DNA from: Tubulanus polymorphus
Lineage: Eukaryota; Animalia; Nemertea
DNA: 64,000 nucleotides
Assembly (NCBI RefSeq): GCF_964204645.1
Contig: NC_134031.1
Coordinates: 19,289,910 to 19,353,909 of the forward strand
Direction of reading: 5' to 3'
Shown here piece after piece: positions 26,011-39,100 of the stretch (positions are counted from its first letter, which is position 1; each line of letters opens with the position of its first letter). Both the position numbers and the translations under genes were made by a program. Below the pieces are notes generated by a model. It was not told where the DNA came from. It ran no database searches and worked only from the letters and a program-made list of their open reading frames with translations.

Positions 26011-27985
26011 ATAGAACATCGAAAATCGACAGAGAAATCGGCCCTGAAAAATATAACGGATTAGACCCTGAAAAATAGAACGGATTAATAAACACAGAAC
26101 AGCACAGGACAGTACGCGGACGAAGAGTAACACATAAAACATAAAGACGTCGTTCTTTATATGGAAAGAACCAGCTTGTAGAGCGCAGCGTAATCGCGAG
26201 GATGATAGCCAGGATGATCGCCGGGATGCACGCCATATTCGAAATCATGTCTGCACAGTGTGAAGATCAAGAGATGAATGACCGGCTTAGTGATTCTACT
26301 CACTGTCGACTGGTGGCGTATTTCAATACTGACCAATAGGCAGCCGCGCTATTGTCTCTGGTCGTTGAAAGGGTTTACGTTGAAGTTTGTACACGGTTCC
26401 GCTGTTACACACGCTAGGCGATCGTGACGTCACCTCTGTAATACATCCAGCATACAGACCGGGCACACGGGTACCATTGAATATTGATCTATAGAAATAT
26501 CTCTGAACATTTCGAATTGTCGAAGTTACCGCATGATAAAACACTGACGCGACGTCACCTTTATACACCCAGCAAATGGAATAAACTTGATCGAAAACTA
26601 ATAGCAAACAATTTGAATCCCCACTGCTCCTATGCTGCGATGATGCCGCCATGAAAATAAACTGGTCGTTTTCAGACCCTTGGTTACACCATTCACCGGG
26701 CGGTTATACTACGTAATAAAATAATAAAAACATCAACCAACTTGATTATATGAAATGAACGTAAATTTCCTCAACTGGTGAACGCAGTTGGTAGACTACT
26801 GAAGAGGCTGGTCTACTTTCTAAATGAAGTACGCCTCGCTGAGATGGAATGTTTTACTGTATTCGGGAATCATTCAATATTTGATTATATTTGAAATCAG
26901 CAACGGCTGACAAGGCTCCGGTAACTGGGAGGGGCATCGATTATTCATAATATCGACGAGAATCTCCTTTCTCGCATCGAATTTTAATTATACTATGTAT
27001 CGTTTTGAAATCGGAGCCGTTCGGTCAAAAGGACGGCCTACATCGACTGGCCCGCAGTAACATGGGGGAACCCCTAACTAATAGTACCTATTGGGGTCAA
27101 AAACTTATTATGTCGGATCCCTGTGAGCTCGAAGGAACATTTTCGGACTTAACGTTTTTTCTCGTTTATTGTGGGATTTTCTACATAGTATGGCCACACT
27201 ACAAGGGTCGAGAAATTATCGTCGAGAAAAAGTCTCCTCAAAATTGGCCGCCCAACCCAGCCGCGAGCAATGATTTTATATATTTGTGTATAGTCCTGCT
27301 TTATTGAATTTGTTGATGAGACATATTGTATTGTCTGAGACTGATCGTATCTTGTATCTTGTACAAAGCACAGGCGGCTCGCGGATCGGCGTGTCGATTT
27401 GTTTAACTCCGTAGCTCCGAGAATACTCAGTATTGCCAAGGAAGAAAAAATAAACGACAAAGAAACAGAGAAATGGAAAATGATGGACGAAGAAACGGGA
27501 GATGAATCTATCTGTAAATGTTTCTATTCAAACAACATATTCGTGCATTATCTGAAAAGACATGTTCAATATTTGAATGATGAAGAATCATTTCTAATCA
27601 GGTTCGGTATTTTTAAACTAACTTGCATTATCTCTACAAGTCTTTGTCATGCGACTGATCTCAGGGAATTCACAAATTAAGAATTTCCACCTCGGCTTTA
27701 CTACAAACTAACACAGGCGGTTCCACGCAAACTAACATCCCACATCCTAGAACCTCTTTTGAATTCACTTATGAAATTTTACCACAGTGTACCAGTGAGA
27801 ATTGTGTGCATTTGACCCTCCATTCCGCCGATGCACCGGGCAAGCATCAGTCGTTCATCCCAATTGAATGACTTCCTCTCGACGTATATTAACTTAACTA
27901 AGAACTGCCTCCAGCCTATACGGGGCACTAGAAAGCTGGTAGATACTGTACCCCCAAACTCCGAGGAGATGTACCGTAGCGACTA

Positions 27986-28078
27986 TCGAATCAGAAACTC
28001 CACTTGTCCGCAGTTTGAATAAACCATTTGGTTTTGATATCGATTTTAAACTGTTAACACAAAGTTTCATCATTCGAG
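27986..28078 (-). ncRNA. Candidate box C/D snoRNA
   Basis: Box C ATGATGA (28073-28067), box D CTGA (27994-27991), closed by complementary TCGAA/TTCGA termini; ~90 nt. Target not identified. Confidence 0.5.
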
Positions 28079-28396
28079 TTACCACACATAGAATAGTGGT
28101 AGTTTATGAGTGGTCGTAGATGACGGTGCAATCCGGTGCTGCCTGCGACACCAGTAGTCCGGGTTATCAATCAGTAAAAGTGCATCACCTAATCCGGTGC
28201 CGGTGTCCATCATACAAATTACATTTCAGAATCAAAACCGAAGCCGCAACCTGATTTTCTATTCAACCCTTGCTGAGGAGATGTGGAGCCGTAGGCGATT
28301 TCGAATTAATGATATTTTGACAGCGATTTTTAAGGTCATCTTTTCGGTTTACCGGCGGGATATCAGTCGAATAGAATATTTCTAAACCTTTTCGGG

Positions 28397-29553
28397 ATGA
28401 ATGAAGATGAGACTCATTCAGAACTGACGCAAGTAAATACTAAATCTTCTGAAATCCAATCTCTAATCGGAAAATTACCGATGTTTGTAGATGGCAGCAC
28501 TTGACGGTCTTCTTGTTCATGATTTTTTTCAGCGTTTAAAAGCTGCAGTTCATTTCTCCGTTGGTGAAATAGTTCGAGAACTCGAGTTAGAAACTGATGA
28601 TGAAATCACGTTCTCGAAACAGTTCATTGCCGTTCTAGCTGAGGCCACTTATAAACAAGTTCAAGTGTTATCTCGAGATTTGGAGCTATTCTCGCGGTGA
28701 GTTGATGTTGCGTCATCCACACCCTCCTATCCCCCCCGGCCTCGCACTCACAGGGGCACGTATTTGTTATTAAGAGGTGAAAACTAGCTTAGATCATCCA
28801 ATATCCGAGGCAATTCTTTATGTATATAGGCCTAGTACCTTGGATATTGATGACCTAAGCTGCTCCCCTCCAAACTTCGAATACAAGCCCCTGTGATTCA
28901 TGAGTGGCTTATTAGAATGTGACCAGTAAATGCTTAGCTTTTGGTTGGAGTACGTGTAACTTGTAATGTGATAAGGATAACATTTTTCTGAATTTTCTCT
29001 TGCCTTCTCCAGTAGGACCTGAGAGAAGGGGTCACTGATTGATAAAATAGTTTGTCAAAATATATCGATTGTGTCTATGCTATATTGTGATCAGTAACAG
29101 TGTTAATGTAATTTCACATGAAGAAGATAGGACAAAATTCTGGGATTATGTCGTAAAATATGTGTAAAAAGTCAATTGTTATGAAAGAATATGAAAATGG
29201 CAAACTCCGGAATCCATTGACCCTTTTAACTGATGTGGTTTTTTTATTTTGGGTAAAACAACATTTCACACGCTTTAATTTAAACTTTTTTTGTTTGCTG
29301 ATCTATAAGTCACGCGAAGAGATCGACCATCAACTCTGATGATGTGAAACTAGTTTGTAGGAAAAGCTCTGCTCTCGTAAGTTGATATTTTATCGGTGTT
29401 AAAGGTGAATTTTTTAAAGAATATTACAGTCTGAATTCTGTTTTATCATGTCTTCATTTTTAGCACAAGCACATCTGCGAAATGGATGAAAAGACGCAAT
29501 TGCACAATGCCGCAAATCGGAAGGGAAAGTCAAAAAATGCCGGCAAAAAGTGA
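28397..29553 (+). CDS. CENPS: Centromere protein S (MHF1/APITD1), histone-fold
   Basis: Exons 28397-28432, 28533-28696, 29310-29376, 29464-29553. MNEDETHSELTQ|RLKAAVHFSVG...FSKQFIAVLAE...DLELFSRHAKRSTINSDDVKLVCRKS. Confidence 0.95.
28751..28893. mobile_element. Palindromic MITE in CENP-S intron 2
   Basis: TIRs caggggcacgtatt / aatacaagcccctg plus inner inverted arms gcttagatcatccaatatccgagg / ccttggatattgatgacctaagc. Confidence 0.7.
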
Positions 29554-30521
29554 AGAAAACATTGAAATCATATTCCTGATGATTTTTTTTTGTAGAAATA
29601 AATGTTTATCGGTTATGTAAATAAAATTATCTCACGATATGCTTGATTTAGAGTGTTTCGATCTTTTTTTCATTAAAATAAATAAATCGAATGATTCCAG
29701 AAATTATCCTACGACCTACTTCCTTGGTTCAGTCAACCCCTGATTGATAAACAAACCACCTTGTCAGGTTTTTTCGGAGATCAAAACTGTTTTGTCTTCT
29801 CTTGGAATTACGGCGCGAACTCGTTACAACAACCTTTGAATTATCTAACGGTTTTTACAAACCTAGAATTTCCTCCCAAACGGTGATTTCTTCAGTTGTC
29901 TCATACCGAATATAACAAACTATCGGTTTAATAACAAACATATTTTCTGGTGAACTGATTATCCTATGCTTGCGTTATACCATGGGTTGACTGTATTATT
30001 ATCTAGATCATAACTGGTGCAAACGAGATAAACATTCAGTAGGTTTGAAGAACGCGGTGTGTAAACCTGAGAACTCAATATTGACACATTTTCTAGTTTT
30101 ATCTGATAAGTTGTTTATCATGAATAGCAGTGAATAAGTGAGTACCTGGTGAATATGAAATGGAACTTTTCTAACACCATTAAGATCGAGGCATTTAAAG
30201 TGTTTTTACAGATCAGGAAATTCTGCATTCTTCTTGAAAAGTCGGGGAATTTTGAATTTTTGGAGACTTGTTGGTGCTGGTGACGGGTAGCACAAGGAAC
30301 CTCTTGAAAAGAAATGGCCCTCCGCTGAGGATATCTCTAATCAGGGAATTTTTAGTTTAATTTTCAGGGAATTTTGTATTCTCTAACCTTTTTAAGAACC
30401 CTGTCTGATAAAATATCATTTCCGGGTTCAATACAAGGTATTCCACCACATCAGTCAATGATTAAACAAGTAATTTTCAGTGTATTTATCTTACACAGGT
30501 TGAATAGAGGATAGCGCAGTC

Positions 30522-32957
30522 ATGCAAGAGGCTTCACCCTCGCAAATCATCAGATCGCATCAAAAAGATACATATTACATCAATTATCTTAAATCGTCAA
30601 TCTCTGACATTGCGCAATCGGTACTCGGTAAGTTTCCGTCAATGGGTATAGGCCTACAATGGTAGTTTTGCTGCTCCCAATAATTTTGATCAAAATTTTT
30701 GCCGATTTAAAAGAATATGATTTTGTCTTATGATTCAATCATGATCAAAGTTTTAAATTCCACAGGAAGCACTAAAGTTTCCGAATTTTCCTTGGAAGGA
30801 CCCGCTTTCTTTGCATCGCATCTTCGGTGCTCACTTCGTAAAGGTACCCTGTATATGGTGGTGCCCCCTTAAAATAAACCCTAGATAAATTTGATGTATT
30901 GTAGGTCAGAGTTCGCTGTTAAGATGGAGAAATGAAATCGCCATTGTTGCGGATTTGGCGTATTTCGGACTGACGACGTTTTCCGGGTTTCAGACTCTCG
31001 GTGAAGAATACGTGAATTTACTTCAGTTCGATGACACTAAACGCGCAATTCCATCAGCACCGGTACGAATAAAACATCAATCAGGCAATACCTTTGAGAT
31101 AACTGCTGTCATTTCAGCCCGTTTTTAATCTTCAATTTTTTGGTTTAGTCGCTACTGTGAAACGGTGGCTTTAGTTGACATAGCTGAGACAATTATTATG
31201 TTGACGACTTGCCATATCCAAACGACGATTTCCGATTCAATTTCACAGAGTGCAATTCCGAATTGCCCTTCTTAAAATTGAATTGGAAATACACAAACTT
31301 GGATTCAAAAAACAGTTATGACTTAAGTCTTGTGGCGACTTATCCAATGAGGACTTAAGTGTTTGACTGTATTAGTAACTTCGCCATTGCAAGAACTAGA
31401 ATAAAACCTTTTTGAGTTTTAACTGTTTCATGTAACCTGACCAAATGATCGATGTTTAAGCTACCGTATAAATTACGAATGAATACATGATGTCGTTTTA
31501 GAAACGTTTGTTGCTAGTTCTATTGCACTGTACAGCTCCGTACATCGTCGACAAGTTCATACAACGCTGCCAGAAAGGTGTTGAACGCGATGAGCTGAAT
31601 TTCCGGCCGGAAGCTCGAGAATTACTGTTGAAACTGCTAGAAATAACGCGACATTCTGTTACATTTCTACATCGCAGTCATTTAGCATTGTTTTATCTGA
31701 GAGGCATTTATTATCACATCGCTAAACGCGTAACCAGCATTAAATATGTAAGCATAAAATTTTGAATAACGGTCTATTTCTGTCCCATGGGAGACAATTT
31801 ACTAATCATGAATGGTATACAATGGTAATGAAATGTTACATGGTCCTAGAAATAGTTCATTGTGAGAGGTTTTCGCTGTAGAAATTCCCTCGTTTGAAAA
31901 TGAACTAGAACATTTTGGTTCCGAGGTAAAAGTGTTCATTACGAGAGGTTTAACTGACTGTATTTCAGATTCGAACACGTCCAATACCGAAGAGTTCCGA
32001 AATACAAGGATCTTACGGGTATAAAATACTGGGTTATTTATACCTGGCTCAAGTGAGTATATCGTCAATGGTTTACGTGTACGATTGGTATAAAAAACGA
32101 GCGACAATATCTTCTGCTGAATTTCACCCACAGTAAGTCAAAATAAAGACTCTTTCAATTAAAAGTCACAATCAATTTAGCCCGTCTGTGGGCAAATGGA
32201 TTTTAGGTCTGGTCATATTTAGGTCTGGTCATATTATTGCATATGAAAGCTTATTGTTTCTGTATGTGACTTGCCAAAGTATCTTTTTGATATCATTATA
32301 GTATCGAGTGTTTTTACATGCGAACGCGCTCTTTAATCAAGCACCAATCGATCTGAATTTCGTCCAACAACTCAAGACAAGAATATGCATCATATTCTAT
32401 ATCCTATATTGATTTAATTTTAGAGCGAAGTCTGTCCAATTGAGTAAAAAATCTTCGCCGCAGACTACTGATAAATGCGCGCTGTGTTTGGAATATCGTA
32501 AAGATACGACAGCGACACCTTGTGGTCATTTATTCTGCTGGAATTGTATCACTGAATGGTGTCTAATGAAGGTTTGTTTATTCTAAAATTCTAATATCAT
32601 TAAACAAATGACATACAATAAACCTCTCCCTCCCGACTCGGTATCGGTCAACTTGGTGAATTTTACTAGAATTTATTTGGTAAAACTCGCAAATTCTCAG
32701 CCCAGAATCCTATCAACACATGTAGATACTCATAGTTTCCCAGATATTCATATTCTAAGGCAGTCTACTGCTGTCAATATTTTACTGATCCTTAACTCGG
32801 AACTCATTTGCCAGTTCCAAATAGGCTAGGTTTATTGCTCCGCGTATGTCGTGCCTCATGGAAATCTGTTTATATTTTACAGCCTCAATGTCCATTGTGC
32901 AGAACTGAAGTGACCGGCTCTAGGTTGGTCTTCCTACAGAACTATGATACTGGTTGA
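30522..32957 (+). CDS. PEX10: Peroxisome biogenesis factor 10 (RING E3 ligase)
   Basis: Exons 30522-30627, 30905-31062, 31502-31747, 31969-32132, 32424-32571, 32883-32957. [46 protein letters not shown]3HC4 RING CALCLE...[12 protein letters not shown]...CPLCR. Confidence 0.96.
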
Positions 32958-33109
32958 TATCACCTAAACTCATCGTAATATCAGCAGGCTTTACTGTGAT
33001 AACTGCTCGAACTCAGATAGTTTTGACGCCAGCTCTCAATGACTTTATAATGAGGAAATATTTTCATGAAAAAATAAATGGATATATTTATGTAAAATAA
33101 TTTACTGAT

Positions 33110-36100
33110 TTATTTTTTATGTTTTTGGTTCCTTTTCTTCTTTTTCTCTTTGCTTATACCATCAAAACCACTTCCGAATTCGGACATATTGACTTTCTTC
33201 TTAACAGGTAGGCGATTAGTGAAGGTTTTCTTGTCTCTACAAAGCGATGAAATTAAGATCAGCAACAAGACACATCTTGAATCACTGAAACCTGATATAT
33301 ATCTTTAGTATAGCAGGGTTTGTTCCCGAATCCAAAGACAAAGTTCTCAGCATTTTTCTAAATCATTGATTAAGCCATCACCATGAAATAAGAAAATGAG
33401 TTAACAATCAAAACATTCTTTAAATTGAAAGACTCGACAGACCATTAAATTCGTCTATAACAATTTCCTGTATGTAACAGTGTCCCAAAAAATGTTTCAA
33501 CACTCGTGATTTCATTTGCATAACATTCAAGATTTTTCTTAAAGTAAACACTTTAATTCCCAACAATTCCTCTGATTGAATCGGGAGAAATGCTTACTTC
33601 ATTTTCTGTTTGCGTAAACTCTGTTTCATGGCTCTATTTCCGATATCGTTTGGCGCCTCTCTCAAACCGAATGCTTTCGCCACGTGACCGAGATGAAGCT
33701 TCTTCACGTGGAATATACTCTTTAAATGTGACGGATACGTCGCATACGCTCGAATAAAAGACAAATACGCTACAAAAAATAGAATAAAATCTCGCATAGG
33801 AATGTGCTGTTTTTGGACCGCGTTTTTACAGATCACGGAAAGCAAAATTCCACAATATTTCCTGGACCCTTGACTGAAAGTTTTCCTGATCAAAGATAGC
33901 CTCAACTCTGTATGAAGTAGTTTAACCCCACAGATTTTCTATGAAATGCTTCCTAAGATGTTTGGTTATGATGTCGTTCTTTGAGTTTAAATGAACTTCA
34001 ATCTTCAACTTGAATCGCGTACCTAAACGAGCCATTTGAGATCGATCCTTGTCGCTATTGACATAAGTCTCAAAGGTCATCTGTAAGGCGGTTGCCTGGT
34101 CCTCAATACTCTTGGGATTAGAGCGCTGAAAAAATTCCACATATTTTCAACTTCGTAAGAATAGAATTCGTGAACAGTTTCCAGCTACACGCCTTAATTG
34201 TATTACTGGTACCTTCATGTTATGTAACAATAATGACTGTAAAATAGTATTGACTGCAATTTCCTCCATACTGAAATGATAGATAAGAATTAAAGAATTT
34301 CTGGTCTCTTCATTTAACGATCAGTTATATATTTTCCCGTAAGTCAGACTCTGCCTTGAATCTCACAGGACCCATCAATTCTAGGCAGTCCGAATGATAA
34401 TGGGTCATCATCACATGAATTGGGAATTAGGAAAATCATTAGCATTTTGTTCTAGGCAAGCAGAGACAACTGTATCGTAGTTCTGGTACGACTCTATGTT
34501 CGGCATACCTGATTTTATGATCGCTTAGCGTTTTCACATATTCCACTTCGGACGGCGCGAGGAAGAGTAGAGCGCTGCCCGCGGAGCCAGCACGGGCAGT
34601 ACGCCCAACTCTATGAACGTAATCAGCAGGTGAACCGGGCGTGTTATACTGGACGATCCAGCGTACGTGAGGTAGATCTAATCCTCTCGCGGCTACATCC
34701 TATAACATAACATTACAACAACAGATGAACCGGGTACTGGACGATTCAGCAAATTTCCTGACTTTTCCTGCAGGGAAAAATAAATCCCAAAAAAACGTCT
34801 GCAGTGAATTGTAACCAGGATTGTGGTTTTAAACGTACCGTAGTGAGCAGAACGCCGCGTTTACATTCACTAAAATTCTGAAACACTTCCGTTCGTTCCT
34901 GAAATAATAACGAATATAACATCAGTCGATTCGTTTGGGAGTTTCACAAACTAAGAGAAAGATGAGAGGAAAAACTGAACGATCAGCGGAATTTAATGCA
35001 CGTTCATGAGACCTTTACAGCAGATATCGGCTCAAGTCTCAGATAATCGATTAACTCTGATGTCTCTGACCCTATATGTGAATTGAATCAAAAAGCAGTA
35101 AACCTCGCCCAACTCGAGATGAACTGGGACCGGTAACATTGGTCCGAGTCAAGTGAAACTCTGAGTTAAGGATCGTGAAATACGTTAGGAAATCAGAAAA
35201 TCATTTTGTCCAAGAAGGTTTACTGTATGTACCATGCAATTTGTATATCGTTCTCAAGTCGGACTAACTTTTCTCCTTGAAGATCTGACTTCAGCGGAGT
35301 CTACTGTAGACTACAGCTTAACCTGATTCGTACCTTTTGCGGCATTTCTCCGTGTAATTTACAAATGTTCAGTTTGTTGTTAGTTTCATCATCATTGTCA
35401 TCATCGACGCCGCTGTCGTCGTCACAGCCGTCGTTCAGCGTCGTAGCGAATAAATCATGATGAAACTCCACCGAATCTTGAGTAGCCATAAATACAATAA
35501 TCTTACTGCCTTTATCATCAAACTGTAACGAACGAAATAACAAATTAACATTTAATTCACGGTGACATTTGAACCATTTTCTAACTAGCAACCAGATTTC
35601 CAACACCCTCAAAAAATCAGTATTCCAACAGGGTGGCAACTTTAATTTGACTTGCTTTTCCCCGACATGCACGTTGTTCTCCCCGACTGATCTCCTAAGA
35701 ATCCAATGGAGTAACACAGTCAAATACGTAAGACATAGAAGAAAACTGTTTGATTTTACGCGCGATCTACCAATCTCAACAAATTTCCCTGACTTTTTAG
35801 CTTTTTTTTACAAAATTCCTCGACTTTTTTTAGAGAAAAGAAAATTCCCTGTGTTTGCCTGATTTCCAGGTAAATGGCGCCACCCTGTCCCAGTTATCAA
35901 AAAACCTTAATCGCATTATTTCATCTGGACCTCGGAAGCCTTATTCTTACCTTGCACTTTGATAAGATGAACGCTGCCAAAGTGACTAGTCTCAATTTTG
36001 ATTGAACGATGACGAAATACTGTTTGAGATTTGTCGGTGTCGAATATGTATCGGTTTTTCCTTCGACTTCCTTCGACGTCGATTGATTTTCGCTTTTCGA

Positions 36101-39100
36101 TTCGTTCAGAGGATCTTTTGAAATATTCACGCGTGCAGGATCCGTTAAACTCATTCCAGCGAGTTTTTCAACGCCTTGATTAAGCGTCGCCGATAGTAGA
36201 ATCGTTTGACGCTCGCGTTGTTTTCGTTTGTCCAATTCTTCAATAATTCGAGCGACTTCTTTCTCGAAACCAAGATCTAACAATCTACAGTCAGTAAGAA
36301 TAGTCAATTTCACTGAACAGACAAATATAGCAAGATCTGTTAGATCATTGCTATTGTGCATTAGATTGGAAAATTTCTTTGGATTGTTCCAGTATCTCAC
36401 GATGATGTATTGCAATCCAAGGCAATCATGAAAGAGTTGTTTTAAAATGTCTTGAATTCAACAAATAGTAAATATGCTGCTGATTTGAATTCTAGTAACG
36501 TATACGCAATTACAAAGGTATTCATTAATTGTGGAAATTACAAGTTTTTAGAGGGCGTTATGCCCTTCAAATTGTCTTAGACTAGCGACGAAATTCTGTC
36601 TATATAAGAGTTTGTTATAACAAGGTTCCACTGTTTAAATCAATATTACCTTGCCACGGAAGGTAAAAGAATAAACCTAATAACAACCATTCAGTAATCA
36701 GTATATTAATATTCCATACACGCTCTTTACCTGTCCGCTTCGTCAATAATCAACCAACGAAGGTTCGTTATGTTCAGAGATTCTGTATTTTCGAGATGAT
36801 CTAATAATCTGCCTGGCGTTGACACTAAAATATTAATACCTTTACGTATTCTGAAAAAATATAACACAACATATCGGTTTTAGGGATTTCGCATTGGACC
36901 GTAATACCGTGTACTACTACAGTCGTCCCTACAGACCAGTCAAACATTTCTAACTATTGCCTATTTCTCAAACTTGAAGGAGTTTTAATTGAGTTTCAGG
37001 CACTTAGTTCATATTTAAGAATTTCAAGCACCTTAAAAGCATTTTTCGTTTAGGAGTTTTTAAGGAATCAATGAGTCATAGGGACCCAATAGTACAGTAG
37101 TAAAACTTGCTATTCTGACTAGTCGAGAGGAATTTCTAGATCCGGAAAAACATACCGAGCTTTCTCCGATTTTTTTCGTTCCCCTCCCATAATCGCACCA
37201 GGAACTATCCACGTAAATGGCTACAAGAAAAATATTAGAATTCACTACGAAATGCAGCTTCAGGTCTGAATTCATCAGTAAGTCACTAATTGAAACCGAC
37301 CTTGACTAGTTTGATGAAAGTTTCATAACTTTGAACAGCCAACTGAAATAAAACAGCCAAAAATCAAAGTTTGCATTATTTAACCGAGTAAGGAAATAGA
37401 AGCTATGAGTAGCAAGAGTGAATACCTCTCTGGTAGGCACAATAACTAATGCGAATGTGCCGTCACTTCTCTGGATTTTCGGTTGCCAAGTTTGTAACGT
37501 GTTGACAACAGGAACAGCATAAGCGAGTGTCTTTCCTGTCATGAATAAATCGGATAAATTCGCAACTGAAATTCTCAATCATTCTGTTTGAGAGGCAGCT
37601 TAACAAAACAGTAGTATAGCCCGCACATAAATTCAAAACATACCGGTACCTTATATATGAATTGAGATGATTAAAAATCAAGATCAAAATTTAAGACGCA
37701 ATATTTTGGACAAGGGTTGAAAATGAAATTTGTTGTCACCTGACGGATTACCATCACTTGAGTCCGAAAGGTTCATCTTTTCATTTGTTCACTTCAAATT
37801 TGTACACAGTCAGTTTTAATCTTTTTTCAATGACAAATATGATTAACCATGTAATATCTGTCGAGGTGAAAAGTGTCCGCGGGGAGCAATTAACGACAGA
37901 CAAAAGTATGTCTATCTGTGATTCACACATTTCTAATAATAGAATTCACATGTTTTCACCAAATTTAGGGGGGTCTAATTTAATGAACAGGTCAGGATTA
38001 GATTAACACTTATTTTGCAGTTCATTCTACGTGCAGGCTATGAATTCCCACTTCAGGACCAAATAAAGGAATTTCCATAGCAACTAGAAAATGAGGAACT
38101 CATTTAGGGCAGGATTGAAAATGTATGAAAACCAACGCTAGACCTACTACAGTAATCCAGACCATGTTTCTTAAATTCATAGCTTTTTCATAGCTTCAAA
38201 CGTGAACCCTAAAATTTCATTACTTTTCCAAGCCTTAAAAAAAATCATCACTAATTTCGATAACTTAGTTTGATCCTTGGAAGAGCTCTAAAGGGGGATG
38301 ATTTAATCATCTCCCTGGAACTGATATTTACCCGAGCCGGTTTGCGATTTGATCAACACATCTTTATCATCGAGTATTAAAGGTATCGAGTTGCGTTGAA
38401 CTGATGTCATTGTTTCAAACCCGAAAACCGCTTCTAAATTCGACACCTAAAACGATTAATAACGAAAGTTCGTGGTTAAATTGTCACAATCGGAATCCAT
38501 TAAATCGGTGAATATGAAGTATTTACCATGAACGGATGGAGTTGATCGATTTCGCTGAATTTATTCGCCGAAAAAACAGTTTCTTTAATTCGTTTTACTT
38601 TCAGCCTGAAAATGAACATCAACATTGCGGTAATCATCCTGACAAAATAAAATAGATTAGCCCATTAACTTTTCAACTTTGTGGCTCCCCTCGTGTTCAA
38701 TTAATTTGAAGTTGTACTTTCAAAGAAATTTCGCAAAACAAGGATTTAGACCCTAAAAAGGAGCTGAAATAGAAAACATTCATACGGTCCTAAGATTTCA
38801 AATTAACACCTTACGCCAAGTTTCATGAAAATGATTAACTATCAAATTGATTTAATTTCTTCAATAATTCAATTCAGGATGGTGCTAAGATTTCAAATAA
38901 GCACCCTACGCAAAGTTTCACGAAAATGATTATCTATCAAACTGATTTAATTTCTTCAATAATTCAATTCAGGATGGCCCTAAGATTTCAAATTAACACC
39001 TTGCACCAAGTTTCATGAAAACGATTAAAGCTTGATAAAATTTATTTGCGTTCTTCAATAATTCAATTTAGGAGTTAATTAGCTCGTGTGAAAATGTAGG

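Larger units (their letters stand above)
22715..26650 (-). ncRNA. Putative multi-exon lncRNA or decayed gene built from duplicated exons
   Basis: Six strong polypyrimidine-TTTCAG acceptors (exon starts near 25196, 25046, 24873, 24701, 24527, 23220), five followed by related exon starts; stops in all frames of the repeated unit; TATAAA at 26560-26565, CRE TGACGTCA at 26425-26432 and a YY1-like ATGGCGGC near 26650. Confidence 0.45.

Noticed and set aside
25841-26248. 135-aa ORF with signal-peptide-like start
   Set aside because: The C-terminal part is frameshifted LINE sequence and the middle is a short duplication; no support as a real protein.
27780-28010. RNase P/MRP or telomerase RNA
   Set aside because: Only a partial ACACAATTC resemblance; no convincing P4 pair and no CTAACCCT template.
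29335-29352. CTGATGA...GAAAC hammerhead-like string
   Set aside because: Lies in conserved CENP-S coding sequence (SDDVKL) with no room for helix II.
29553-30522. CENP-S to PEX10 operon or trans-splicing idea (acceptor at 30497-30498 just before the PEX10 ATG)
   Set aside because: CENP-S has its own AATAAA signals, and an E2F-like GGCGCGAA (about 29812) plus a GTGAGT donor (about 30138) support a normal promoter and 5' UTR exon.
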